Assembly: GCA_965249725.1 (NCBI GenBank)
Contig: CBDFMQ010000002.1
Location: 2,752,001-2,816,000 of the forward strand
Direction: 5' to 3'
DNA from: Longimicrobiales bacterium
GTDB taxonomy: Bacteria; Gemmatimonadota; Gemmatimonadetes; Longimicrobiales; Gaopeijiaceae
DNA length: 64,000 bases
Shown here: positions 48,036 through 57,718 of the stretch, piece by piece
How the letters are laid out: every line of letters starts with the position of its first letter
Numbering within the stretch: the stretch's first letter is position 1
Translations under genes and position numbers: made by a program
The notes under the pieces: model-generated
Database searches by the model: none
The model's input: the letters and a program-made list of their open reading frames with translations, nothing else
What the model was told of the DNA's origin: nothing

Positions 48036-49130
48036 CTAGGCTGGAGTGATGATCGCCTTGGTCACCCTCAAGGCAGCCACATCCTCGAGAGCCTGACCGG
48101 CCTCCTCCAGGGTGTAGCGTCCCCCGATCACGGAGGCGAACGGCAGTCGCTCGCTGTGCCGGCCGAGTAGGCGTAGGGCCCCCACGAGGTGATGGAAGTC
48201 CGTGCCCCACTGACCCTTGATGACGGCGTGCTTCCGATTGATCGAGGTGTGTGGGTTGAGAGGGATCTCACCCGCGTCCGTGTAGTGTCCGGCCACGACA
48301 TAGGTGCCTCCGTCGCGCAGCACCTCCAGGCCCTCGGGCACGGCCTGCGGGTTTCCCGAAGCCTCGATGACGACGTCTGCGCCGCGCCCCCCCGTGGCGT
48401 CCCTTATCGCAGCCACACGTTCCTCCACGGTGGTTGCCGCTAGGTCCAGGCACATATCGGCGCCCAACATGCCTCCCAACTCGAGGCGCGCCTCTGGAGC
48501 GCCGATGAGAACGACCCGGCTCGCCCCACGCAGGTTGGCGAAGGCTGCTGCGGACAATCCCACCGGCCCGCAGCCCTGCACGACCACGACGTCGCCCATG
48601 GCGAGGTCGCTCCGGTCGATGGCGGCGAAACCCGTGAAGAGGCCGCACCCTCCGCCGATGACGTCGTCGGCACCCGTTCCGTCGGGGAGCTTCAGGACGC
48701 GGACGCCCGGCTGCAGATAGATCCGCTCCGCCCAACCGCCGAAGGGTCCGTCGTTCGCGCTGTACGTGATCCCGTAGACCTTCCGACTGGGACAGCGGTT
48801 GGGCTGACGCACCACGAGGCAGTGATAGCACGATCCACAGACTTCGTGGACGTCCAGAAAGGTGACCACGTCGCCGGAAACGAGAGGCGCACCCAGCGCA
48901 TCCGTGTCTATCCCCGGTGCCTCCAGAACCCTGCCCACGCTCACATGCCCGGGGACGATCGGGTAGGGCACGCCGGACAAGCGCCCATGATGTAGGTGCA
49001 CATCGGTTCCGCACACCTCACTGGCGATCGTCTCCAGGAGGACCCCACCCTGCTCCACCTCCGGATCCGGAAGGTCCCACATCTCAATCGGTGCCTCGGG
49101 CGCAGTCATCACCGCCGCTTTTATCGGCAT
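48036..49130 (-). CDS. Zinc-binding alcohol dehydrogenase (MDR family)
   Basis: VCGTD.H, GH(V), CGSCYHC..C, GCGPVG. Confidence 0.9.
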   Translation of the reverse strand: MPIKAAVMTAPEAPIEMWDLPDPEVEQGGVLLETIASEVCGTDVHLHHGRLSGVPYPIVPGHVSVGRVLEAPGIDTDALGAPLVSGDVVTFLDVHEVCGSCYHCLVVRQPNRCPSRKVYGITYSANDGPFGGWAERIYLQPGVRVLKLPDGTGADDVIGGGCGLFTGFAAIDRSDLAMGDVVVVQGCGPVGLSAAAFANLRGASRVVLIGAPEARLELGGMLGADMCLDLAATTVEERVAAIRDATGGRGADVVIEASGNPQAVPEGLEVLRDGGTYVVAGHYTDAGEIPLNPHTSINRKHAVIKGQWGTDFHHLVGALRLLGRHSERLPFASVIGGRYTLEEAGQALEDVAALRVTKAIITPA

Positions 49131-49269
49131 GTCTCTAGGAGTTGAGCGGGGGCCAGAAGGAGCATCCTTCTCCCTCGCGGTCCCACCGCGTGCTCGTTAG
49201 TGTCTCTCGTCTCGGGCGTGGCCCGGCTGCTCACAGGCGCTTCTAACATACACCCTAACCCAAGCTGAA

Positions 49270-50259
49270 TTGAACGAAGTCATCACACGGCTCCAAGAGT
49301 GGCCACGGAGCTCATTCGTCAGGGAGCCGACGCCCCTGCTGCAGGCGCCCAACCTCGCGGGCATCCTGGGGCGAGAGCCGTCCGACGTACTCCTCAAGAT
49401 GGACGCCGAGACCTCGTTCGGGCTCGGGGGGAACAAGGCTAGGAAGCTTGAGTTCGAGCTTGCCCCTCCCCGCCTGGCCGGGGCCACCTGCGTCATCACT
49501 TGCGGCGGTGCCCAATCCAACCACTCCCGACTCACCGCCGCGGCCGCAGCGAGGCTTGGCCTCCGATGTATTCTGGTCGTAAACGGTGACATCCCCGACC
49601 CGCCAACCGGCAACGCGTACCTCCACCGACTGCTCGGCGCCGAGATCCATCCAGTCGGCACCCGCGAGGAGCGCGATCCGGCCATGGCCGAAGTCGCGGC
49701 TCGGGTGGAGGCCGAGGGGGGCAAGGCGATCGTCATCCCGTTGGGTGCTTCGACCCCCTTGGGGGCCCTGGGCTACGTGCGGGCTGCGGTGGAAATCGTC
49801 GACCAGTGGGAGACGCAGCCTCCGGCAGAGATCACGTGGGTCTTCGTGTCGGCATCGTCCTGCGGCACCTACGCTGGCCTCGCACTCGGCTTCGCACTGC
49901 TGGAGAGGACTGATGTGCGGTTGGTCGGCGTGAGTCCCGATGTCGACGTAGAAGAGATCTCGGATCTCACCGAGAGCCTCTGCGACGGTGCCGCGGAGCT
50001 GCTCGGGACGTCCGTCCCGCTGCCCTCGACCCTGCTGCTGCCTACGGCCAACTACATCGGGGAGGGGTACGGCATCCCGACCGAACAGTCGAGGGAGGCG
50101 ACGTCGCTCCTGGCTCGGACCGAAGGTGTCCTGCTGGATCCCGTGTACACGGCCAAGACCGCTGCAGCCATGCTCGACTGGGCCCGGACCGGTAGGGTTC
50201 CCTCGGGCGATCGCCTCGTTCTCTGGCACACGGGGGGGTATCCCACAGCCTTCGTCTGA
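49270..50259 (+). CDS. D-cysteine desulfhydrase family PLP enzyme
   Basis: GGNKARK, QSNH, LDPVYTAK and HTGG. It has Thr/Thr rather than the Glu/Leu pair of true ACC deaminase. Confidence 0.85.
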   Translation: MNEVITRLQEWPRSSFVREPTPLLQAPNLAGILGREPSDVLLKMDAETSFGLGGNKARKLEFELAPPRLAGATCVITCGGAQSNHSRLTAAAAARLGLRCILVVNGDIPDPPTGNAYLHRLLGAEIHPVGTREERDPAMAEVAARVEAEGGKAIVIPLGASTPLGALGYVRAAVEIVDQWETQPPAEITWVFVSASSCGTYAGLALGFALLERTDVRLVGVSPDVDVEEISDLTESLCDGAAELLGTSVPLPSTLLLPTANYIGEGYGIPTEQSREATSLLARTEGVLLDPVYTAKTAAAMLDWARTGRVPSGDRLVLWHTGGYPTAFV

Positions 50260-50338
50260 GCCAGGCACGCCGACCGATCCGGTGGAGGGCTCGTAGCGTC
50301 CTCTCCGACCGCTCCCTATCTTCGGGGATTCCCGAGAA

Positions 50339-51298
50339 ATGCCTGTCTCCCAACCCCGTTCCTCCCCTATGGACGCATCGGAGCACCTTCTTCATGTGCC
50401 GCTCTTCGAGGAGCTCGAGCCGGCGGCCGTCGCAAAGTTGGGGGCCCTGACCCGGACTGCCTCTTTTCCGGCGGGTGCGAAAATCGTGGAGATCGGTGAG
50501 TCGGGCGTCTCGCTCTTCGTGATTCTCCACGGGGAGGTACGCGTTCTCTATCCCGCACGAGCGGCCAACTTCGAACTGGCCCGCTTGGGCCCCGGGGACT
50601 TCTTCGGTGAGATGGCTCTTCTGAACGACAAGCCTCGGAGCGCGACGGTCGAAGCCATCGAGGACGTCGAGCTCCTGGTCCTCGAGCAGGACGACTTCCG
50701 CAACGTCTTGCGCGAGGCACCCCCTGTGGCCCTCCAACTCATCGAAAGCCTCTCGGTGCGCATCCGGAGCGTGGACGAGCACATCAGCACGCTGAGCGAC
50801 AAGGCGATGCGTGACCCGCTTACCGGGCTTATGAACCGAAGAGCCTACCGGGAACGCATGAAAGAGGAAGTGGATCGGGCACTACGCTACGAAGAGCGCT
50901 TCTCCCTGATCCTGCTCGATCTGGACCAGTTCAAGTCGATCAACGACACCTTCGGCCACGACGTGGGTGACGTGGTGCTGGGGTGGACCGGCCGGCTCCT
51001 GACGGAGCATACACGGTCGGCCGACACGCCCTTCAGGATCGGCGGTGAGGAGTTCGCGATTCTCGCGCCGAGCACCGAGGGGACAGTCGCCCACATGGTC
51101 ACGCAACGCCTGGTGGATGTGCTCGCGGAGGCTCGCCCGCCCGTGGACTTCGAGTTGAAGGTCACGATGTCGGGTGGCTACGCGTGTTGTCCCGACCACA
51201 CGGCGTCCGCGGAAGCCCTATTCTCGATGGCGGACAAAGCCCTCTTCCAGGCCAAGGCCGAAGGGCGCAACCGGGTCTGCCCGCCCAAGACGGACTGA
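50339..51298 (+). CDS. cNMP-binding domain-GGDEF diguanylate cyclase
   Basis: FGEMALL..PRSATV, DPLTGL.N, FKSIND.FGH..GD, RSAD I-site, GGEEF. Confidence 0.93.
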   Translation: MPVSQPRSSPMDASEHLLHVPLFEELEPAAVAKLGALTRTASFPAGAKIVEIGESGVSLFVILHGEVRVLYPARAANFELARLGPGDFFGEMALLNDKPRSATVEAIEDVELLVLEQDDFRNVLREAPPVALQLIESLSVRIRSVDEHISTLSDKAMRDPLTGLMNRRAYRERMKEEVDRALRYEERFSLILLDLDQFKSINDTFGHDVGDVVLGWTGRLLTEHTRSADTPFRIGGEEFAILAPSTEGTVAHMVTQRLVDVLAEARPPVDFELKVTMSGGYACCPDHTASAEALFSMADKALFQAKAEGRNRVCPPKTD

Positions 51299-51301
51299 CC
51301 G

Positions 51302-51341
51302 AAAAAGAAAGGCCCGGTCAGCTCGATTTGCCAACCGGACC
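51302..51341 (-). terminator. Rho-independent terminator
   Basis: On the minus strand, GGTCCGGTTGGC-loop-GCTGACCGGGCC is followed by TTTCTTTTT. Confidence 0.75.
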
Positions 51342-51478
51342 TCTGTCAGAACCGCCCCAGACACCACCACCCCGCATCGTCACGACCCTGCGTCCGCACC
51401 GTACCACCGGGGTCAGTCCCGACCATCGTTCGCACCCACATCCCCAACCCGTCCACTTCCCTTGCAGCTTTCTATACG
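51302..51478 (-). ncRNA. Candidate small RNA (unverified)
   Basis: G-rich non-coding tract between an ECF-like promoter motif (TGCAACC-N15-GCATCC, 51510-51483) and a strong terminator. Confidence 0.3.
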
Positions 51479-51535
51479 TGTTGGATGCTCAAAAGATTCA
51501 GTCGGTTGCATCCCGGTCGTGCTGTCCGACGTCCC

Positions 51536-52038
51536 CTAATGATCCTCCTCTACCGAATGGCCGAGCGCCTCGAGCGCCTCGATGATCTCATCCACGTGCT
51601 CACGGCCTCGAGTCTCGAGGTGCATGACGATCTCCACATCGCCCACCGAGATGTCTGCGAAGGCCCGTCGGTGGGCGATCTCCAGAACATTGGCTCCCAA
51701 TTCGGCGGCCAGTCGGGTCAGGCTCGCGAGCGCTCCCGGACGATCTCGCACCTTGACCATCAGACGGGCAAGCCTGCCATCGGCCACCGGGCCTGTGCGT
51801 GGTTGCCGGCACTGGCCGTCACGACCCCGCTCGAGCGCTGACCATCGGTAAGTTGGAGCAGCTTATTGCCGGCACCACGAGCCTTGAACGATCCGGTTCG
51901 CTGCAGATTCTCGAACTTGAAGGCCAGGGTGCAGGGCAGCAGGTCCTCGAAAACACTCGAGGGAGCACAGGGGGTCAGGTTCACGGAGCCCTGTATCCGA
52001 GTACGGGCTTCCTCGATGTCGCGCAGCGTGAGGGCCAT
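51536..52038 (-). pseudogene. ilvA: Threonine ammonia-lyase remnant with large internal deletion
   Basis: N-terminal KFENLQRTGSFKARG...SAGNHAQA is joined out of frame to the C-terminal ACT domain (DGRLARL..DRPGALA...ETRG). The catalytic middle is absent. Confidence 0.88.
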
Positions 52039-52109
52039 ACGGGTACCGAAGGGTCGGGGTTACATCAGGATCTGGATCGGGGGTCGTCCCGATCGGGGTC
52101 CGACGCGCA

Positions 52110-52517
52110 CTAGAGGGCCCGGTAGAGTCCCATCCTCAGCGGCGGGGCGATGCTGCAGTAGAAGTAGAGGCGATTCTCACCCTCGACCACGATGTTCGTC
52201 TGGCGGGTTCGGGTCTTCGGGTAGTCCTGGCCCCTCTCGCTCTCGACGAAGAGCACCTCACCCTCTCCGAGATTCCCGTGGAGGGCCGTGAGCTGGACCA
52301 GCAGGTCGTCAAGCATGACCGACTCGACCTCATCCTGTACATCTCCCTCGGCCTCGGCCGTCAGAGACTGCTCGGAGAGCTTCTCGTAGCCTTCGAGGAA
52401 TCCGTCGGCCTCGATGGAGACTTCGTGGTCCCGCCTGAATCCGATATCGGTGAGGGCCTTGGAGTCGAAATTCAGCTCGACGCTCTGCACGTTCTTCCCG
52501 TATCGGCGCAGTATCAT
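52110..52517 (-). CDS. Hypothetical protein
   Basis: 135-aa ORF with coding-like composition, downstream of the DEAD-box helicase. Confidence 0.7.
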   Translation of the reverse strand: MILRRYGKNVQSVELNFDSKALTDIGFRRDHEVSIEADGFLEGYEKLSEQSLTAEAEGDVQDEVESVMLDDLLVQLTALHGNLGEGEVLFVESERGQDYPKTRTRQTNIVVEGENRLYFYCSIAPPLRMGLYRAL

Positions 52518-52563
52518 TCCGCAGTCCTGGAATCAGAGTTGTCCTTAGAAGGTCAACAGCCTT

Positions 52564-53877
52564 CTAATACTCGAGGAGCTTCGCCAGCTCTTCGTCGGTC
52601 AGGTCGTCCGCAGGGCGAGATCCCATCCCGGTCGGGGAGCGGGAGTGGCGGCCCCGTGTGGTGGACGCGCTCTCCGCCGTCTGCGGCGTACCCGCATAGT
52701 CGAACTCGGGCAGGTGTACACGATCGAGGTCACGTTCGATGTGGTAGGTGAGAGACTTGAACGACCCCAGGTCGCCGGCCGCGACAAACGTGACGGCCGT
52801 GCCGATCGCGCCGGCGCGGGCCGTGCGACCGATGCGGTGCGTGTAGTCCTCGGGATCCTGCGGCACGTCGTAGTTGACCACGTGAGAAATGCCCTCAACG
52901 TCGAGGCCGCGCTGGGCGATGTCCGTCGCGACGAGGACCCGCACCTGCTTCTCCGCGAACCGCTCCAAGGCCCGAGTACGATGAGCCATGCGGAGATTCG
53001 AGTGCAAGGCCTCCGTCTTGATTCCGTGGCGATCGAGGCGCGCCTTCAGCGCGTCGGCACCCGCCTTGGTCCTCGTGAAAACCAACACCTGCTCCCACTC
53101 GGGGTCCTCGAGGAGCTTCAGCAAGAGGTCCGGCTTCATCTCCGGCTTCACGGAGTACACCACCTCGGTGATGCCCTCGGCCTTGGTGCCGGAGCGCGCC
53201 GCCTCGACCCATACCGCTTCCTTGGTGAGGCGCGAGGCCAGGTCATGAACGCCGTGGGGCATGGTCGCGGAGAACAGCATGGTCTGCCGTTTGTGCGACA
53301 TTCCCCTCAGGACGTCCTCGATCTGTGGGCGAAAGCCCATATCGAGCATGCGATCGGCTTCGTCGAGGATGAGCGTGCGAACACCACCGAGTTTCACCCG
53401 GCCGCGCCCCATGTGATCGATGAAGCGTCCGGGCGTCGCGACCATCACTTCGGTACCGTTCTCGAGCGCCTCCAACTGGGGTCCGTAGCTGACGCCACCG
53501 TAGATGGCCGCCGACCGAATTTTCGTGCCCTTGGCCAGGGCGTCGGTATCGTCGCAGACCTGCTGGGCAAGCTCACGGGTCGGGCAAAGCACCAGGACCT
53601 GGAGCCCCTCGCCCGCCTCGATCCGCTCCAGACACGGGATCATGAACGCACCCGTCTTTCCCGTGCCCGTCTGGGCGATCCCCACCAGATCGTGCCCATC
53701 CAGCCCCGCGGGAATGCCTTTGACCTGAATGGGAGTCGGATGTTCCCAACCCAAGGCTTCGATGGCGGCGCGTAGCGGCGCCGAAACACCCAGATCCTCG
53801 AACGTCGGGGTCTGGGGGGCTTCCTCTTTCGACTCTTCTTCCACGGGTTCCTTCTCGGGGGGAGCCGGCAGGACCAC
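52564..53877 (-). CDS. DEAD-box RNA helicase (RhlE-like, intact motifs)
   Basis: Q motif, AQTGTGKT, PTRELA, TPGR, DEAD, SAT, RGLD, HRIGRTAR. Confidence 0.95.
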   Translation of the reverse strand: MVLPAPPEKEPVEEESKEEAPQTPTFEDLGVSAPLRAAIEALGWEHPTPIQVKGIPAGLDGHDLVGIAQTGTGKTGAFMIPCLERIEAGEGLQVLVLCPTRELAQQVCDDTDALAKGTKIRSAAIYGGVSYGPQLEALENGTEVMVATPGRFIDHMGRGRVKLGGVRTLILDEADRMLDMGFRPQIEDVLRGMSHKRQTMLFSATMPHGVHDLASRLTKEAVWVEAARSGTKAEGITEVVYSVKPEMKPDLLLKLLEDPEWEQVLVFTRTKAGADALKARLDRHGIKTEALHSNLRMAHRTRALERFAEKQVRVLVATDIAQRGLDVEGISHVVNYDVPQDPEDYTHRIGRTARAGAIGTAVTFVAAGDLGSFKSLTYHIERDLDRVHLPEFDYAGTPQTAESASTTRGRHSRSPTGMGSRPADDLTDEELAKLLEY

Positions 53878-53972
53878 GGTTCGACATGAATGTGGGGTGC
53901 GGCCGGCTCGGAATCAGCCTATAACTTGACGGTAAAGGCTTGAGATTCAAAGACGTGCGCCACCGGAACACC

Positions 53973-54467
53973 ATGACGAGCAATCACGAGATTTCCGTTC
54001 TATTCGTCTGCCTGGGTAACATCTGCCGCTCACCGCTGGCCGAGGGGGTCCTGGCCCATCAACTGAACGAAGCGGGGTTGTCGGACCGGGTCCATGTCGA
54101 CTCGGCCGGCACGGGTGCCTGGCACGTCGGACAGGCTCCGGACACCCGGTCCATAGCGGTCGCGGCACAGAACGGCATCGAACTCACCGGGAGCGCACGC
54201 CGGGTGCGCCTGGAGGACTTCTTCGAGTTCGAGCTCGTCTTGGCGATGGATCGCGGCAATCTCGCGGACCTGAAGGACCTCGAGTCCGGGACTGGGTCCG
54301 ACGCCGCGATCAAGCTCTTCCTGGATTTCGACTCCGATCCCACCGGCGATCCAGACGTGCCGGATCCCTACTACGGCGGATCGGACGGCTTTCAACAGGT
54401 GTTCGAGATGGTCGATCGCACGTGTGCGGCCCTGGTGGATCATCTTCGGGACCAGCTCCCCTCTTGA
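53973..54467 (+). CDS. Low-molecular-weight protein-tyrosine phosphatase
   Basis: CLGNICRSP, DSAGT, VPDPYYG. Confidence 0.93.
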   Translation: MTSNHEISVLFVCLGNICRSPLAEGVLAHQLNEAGLSDRVHVDSAGTGAWHVGQAPDTRSIAVAAQNGIELTGSARRVRLEDFFEFELVLAMDRGNLADLKDLESGTGSDAAIKLFLDFDSDPTGDPDVPDPYYGGSDGFQQVFEMVDRTCAALVDHLRDQLPS

Positions 54468-55373
54468 GCGTGGGGCTTCCTCCCGGGCTGGTACCTTCGA
54501 TTCAACAACGCCTCTCCGAGATCGACGGACAGGCACGCGTCATCGTCGGGACGGAAGAGGTGACCGGCGGATGCATCCACAACAGTCTGAGGATCTCGAC
54601 GGAGGATGGAGAGTCCTTCTTCCTCAAGTGGAGCCCCGAGTCGACGGAGGAGGCCTTCCTCACAGAGGCGGACGGCCTGGAGGCCCTCGCCTCCTCCGGA
54701 ACTCTGAGGGTCCCTGCGGTGGTGGGGTATTCGACGCCCGGGGAGTCACCCTCATGGCTCCTCCTGGAGTTCGTCCCCCATGGCCATCCCGCAGACGACT
54801 ACTGGGAGGCACTGGGCCGAGGGCTTGCCGACCTCCATCAGGATCGGTCGAGGCCGTATGGCTGGGAGCGAGCCAACTACATCGGCTCCCTACCTCAGGC
54901 CAATGACGTGGCAGACGATTGGGATGAGTTCTGGTGGACTCGGCGGCTCCTGCCTCAACTGACGATGGCTCGTGACGCCAATCGGCTGGCCCGGGCGTTG
55001 GGACGATTGGGAGCTGCTGAAGACGAACCTCCCGAACCTGACCGGTACCGACGGCCTGGAACCGTCGATCCTACACGGCGACCTGTGGAGTGGGAACGTA
55101 TTCGCCGGCCCGTCGGGCGAACCGGTTCTTGTGGATCCGGCCGTATACCGGGGTCACTCCGAGGTCGATCTGGCGATGACCGAGCTGTTCGGCGGCTTTC
55201 CTGGTCCGTTCTACTCAGCCTACGCGGAAGTGCGTCCCCTCGCGGATGGCTATCGGGAAGTCCGGCGCTCTTTGTATCAGCTGTACCCTCTGCTGGTGCA
55301 CGTGAATCTGTTCGGGGGATCCTACGTGGCGTCTACCCACCGGACGCTGAGAACGGTGCTGGCGCAGACCTGA
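54464..55373 (+). pseudogene. Fructosamine/ribulosamine 3-kinase family, split by a 1-nt insertion at ~54989
   Basis: GGCI, FFLK, EADGL.AL, NYIGSLPQ.N in the first frame; LHGDLWSGN, DPAVY.GHSE.DLAMTELFGGF, YQLYPLLVH in the second. Removing one G in CTG G CCC joins them. Confidence 0.88.
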
Positions 55374-55432
55374 CGCCCGGGCAATCAGGGAGACTGAAGG
55401 GGCTCGAGAAGGGGTTCGAGCAGGTCGCCGGA

Positions 55433-56641
55433 TCAGCCGGCTGCGGACGCCGACTCCTTCACTGCGCCGGCCACCTTCTCGATCGCTCGTTGCAGCAGTT
55501 CGTCCGAGGTCGCGAAGCTGATGCGGACGTACCGATCATCACCAAAGGCGACCCCGGGCACCATCGCGACCCCGGTCTCCTCGATGAACCACGTACAGAG
55601 GTCCGCCGAGCCCGAGATGCCGTTCCGGAAGAGTGAGTCCACCCGAATGAAGAAGTAGAACGCCCCTTTGGGCTCCACGAATGGGAGCCCCGGAAGGAGG
55701 TCACTCAGGAGCTCGACCACCAGATCTCTCCGCCGCCGAAACGCACCGACCATCTCCTGGGCTGCTGCGCGCGCGCGGGGGGGGTCTCCGAAAGCACTCA
55801 ATGCGGCCATCTGAGACGGAGCCGCCGCGTTCGAAGTGGTGTGGCTCTGGAGAGCGTTCAGCTTCTTCGCCAACTCTACGTCGGAGTAGGAAAAGCCGAT
55901 CCGCCACCCCGTCATCGCGAAGGCCTTCGAGGCACCGTCGATCAGCACATACTCCCCGACCGACTCCTGAGGCAACTCGAGGATGCTGGGAGCCGTGGCC
56001 CGATCGCCACCGAAGTAGATCCCCCGGTAGATCTCATCGACCAAAAGAACCACGTCACGGTCACGCGCCCATTCGGTGATCGCCAGCAGCTCGGCCAGGG
56101 AATAGACGGCTCCCGTGGGATTGCACGGTGAGCAAAGAAGGAGCCCCTTCGTCCGCTCCGTCGACGCGGATTCGAGATCGTCGGGCGTCAGCAGGAAGTT
56201 TCTATCCGGGCTCCCGGACACCGCTACGGGCTCAGCCCGGGCGAGGGAGATCATCTGGGGGTAACTCGTCCAGTATGGAGTCGCTACGAGCACCTCGTCG
56301 CCCGGTCCGAACAGGGAGAAGATCGCGTTGAACAGCGACTGCTTGGCGCCGTTTCCGACGACCACGCCCTCCCAATCGATGGGGCGTCCCGCGATCGACT
56401 CCAGGTATCCCGCGATGGCACGCCTGAGCTCCGGCATGCCGGGGGTGGGAGTGTAGCGCGTCTTGCCGGCGTGTATGCCGTCGACCGCCGCTTGCGAGAT
56501 CCACTCGGGCGTATCGAAATCGGGCTCCCCCGCACTCAGGTCGATGATGTCACGACCTTCGGCCCGGAGGCGCTTAGCTAGGGAGCTTACTGCGATCGTG
56601 GCGGACGGGCGGAGCTGGGAGATGTTGTCGCTGTATGTCAT
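55433..56641 (-). CDS. Class I PLP aminotransferase (aspartate aminotransferase-like)
   Basis: GEPDFDTP, SPCNPTG, DEIY, SKAFAMTGWRIG, VRISFA. Confidence 0.93.
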   Translation of the reverse strand: MTYSDNISQLRPSATIAVSSLAKRLRAEGRDIIDLSAGEPDFDTPEWISQAAVDGIHAGKTRYTPTPGMPELRRAIAGYLESIAGRPIDWEGVVVGNGAKQSLFNAIFSLFGPGDEVLVATPYWTSYPQMISLARAEPVAVSGSPDRNFLLTPDDLESASTERTKGLLLCSPCNPTGAVYSLAELLAITEWARDRDVVLLVDEIYRGIYFGGDRATAPSILELPQESVGEYVLIDGASKAFAMTGWRIGFSYSDVELAKKLNALQSHTTSNAAAPSQMAALSAFGDPPRARAAAQEMVGAFRRRRDLVVELLSDLLPGLPFVEPKGAFYFFIRVDSLFRNGISGSADLCTWFIEETGVAMVPGVAFGDDRYVRISFATSDELLQRAIEKVAGAVKESASAAG

Positions 56642-56770
56642 CCGGAAATATCGAGAGAGGGCATCCCCCAATCAAGTAAGTCCCCTGTACTCGGAGACCG
56701 AAGCCGGGCCCCCCTTCAGGGGCCGGGCAGCGAGGTTGATCCCACCCCCCGGGTGCGGCAGGTTCAACGC

Positions 56771-57358
56771 GTGAACGAACAAGAGAAGGTCGTCTTCTAT
56801 TTCGACTACGTCGATCCTGGGTCCTACTTGATGGACATCCAGTTGCATCGGCTTCTAGCCCCCGGCGTGACGGTCGTCCGCCACCCGTTCGAGCTCAGGC
56901 CGCCACCCATGGACGTGGTGGATGCTGCGAGCCCGGAGTGGGTGACGTATCGAGAGTCCGCCATCGCGCTCGGGGCCGGACTCGATGTCGACCTGGCCGA
57001 GTCCGACTTCATACCCTGGACCCGCAAGGCTCATGAGCTTCGGCTCCACGCCGCCGAGAAGGGGCTGGAGCGACGTATGCACGACGCTCTGTTCGAGGCA
57101 CGGTTCGCGCACGGAGCCGACGTCGGGCGGGTCGATGTCTTGGTGGGTCTGGCTGTGGGCCTGGGCTTGGATCTGACGGAAACCAAGGCCGTGCTCGACG
57201 TGGACCGCCACGCCGATGAAGTCGAGGAGTTGAGAAGGCGAGCGATGGCAGACGGGATCACGCGCACACCCACCCTCACCGTCGGCTCACAGAGCCTTGA
57301 AGGTCCGCGCCAGATCGACGACCTTCGAGGGCTCTTGAAGGCGGCCAATCTGACGTAA
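56771..57358 (+). CDS. DsbA/FrnE-fold protein lacking cysteines
   Basis: FYFDYVDPGSY in place of D..CP.CY, PFELRP, T.KAH, GI..TPT. Confidence 0.75.
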   Translation: MNEQEKVVFYFDYVDPGSYLMDIQLHRLLAPGVTVVRHPFELRPPPMDVVDAASPEWVTYRESAIALGAGLDVDLAESDFIPWTRKAHELRLHAAEKGLERRMHDALFEARFAHGADVGRVDVLVGLAVGLGLDLTETKAVLDVDRHADEVEELRRRAMADGITRTPTLTVGSQSLEGPRQIDDLRGLLKAANLT

Positions 57359-57415
57359 GTTGTAGCTCCGCAAGGCACCGGATGCGTCGCACCGGGCGAC
57401 ACGGAAGGACATCCC

Positions 57416-57718
57416 ATGGCAGGATATCAGCGTAAGACGGCTCTCTCTCCCACGGAGGTTCTCTCGAAGGCGGAGGAGCTCCTTCCCGAATGGATCGGCC
57501 TCGCCAAGTCGAAGAGTTCGACCCATAGCGCTACGTACACAGGTGGAGAAGGGACGGTGACGCTCTCCGCCCATCGTCACGGCCCGTATACCGAGGTGGT
57601 CGCGTCGAGCGATCGCCTTCGCACCTCCCGCATGGACTACGAGATTCAGAAGTTCCTGACCGAACTTCCGTATGAGCCCGGGGACGCGGGCGGACGGGGC
57701 TCCGGGAACCCTTCGTGA
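57416..57718 (+). CDS. Hypothetical protein
   Basis: ATG with AAGGA RBS. GTGA overlap with the next gene. Confidence 0.7.
   Translation: MAGYQRKTALSPTEVLSKAEELLPEWIGLAKSKSSTHSATYTGGEGTVTLSAHRHGPYTEVVASSDRLRTSRMDYEIQKFLTELPYEPGDAGGRGSGNPS

Noticed and set aside
49270..50259. ACC deaminase
   Set aside because: Has YTAK and HTGG rather than the diagnostic Glu and Leu residues.
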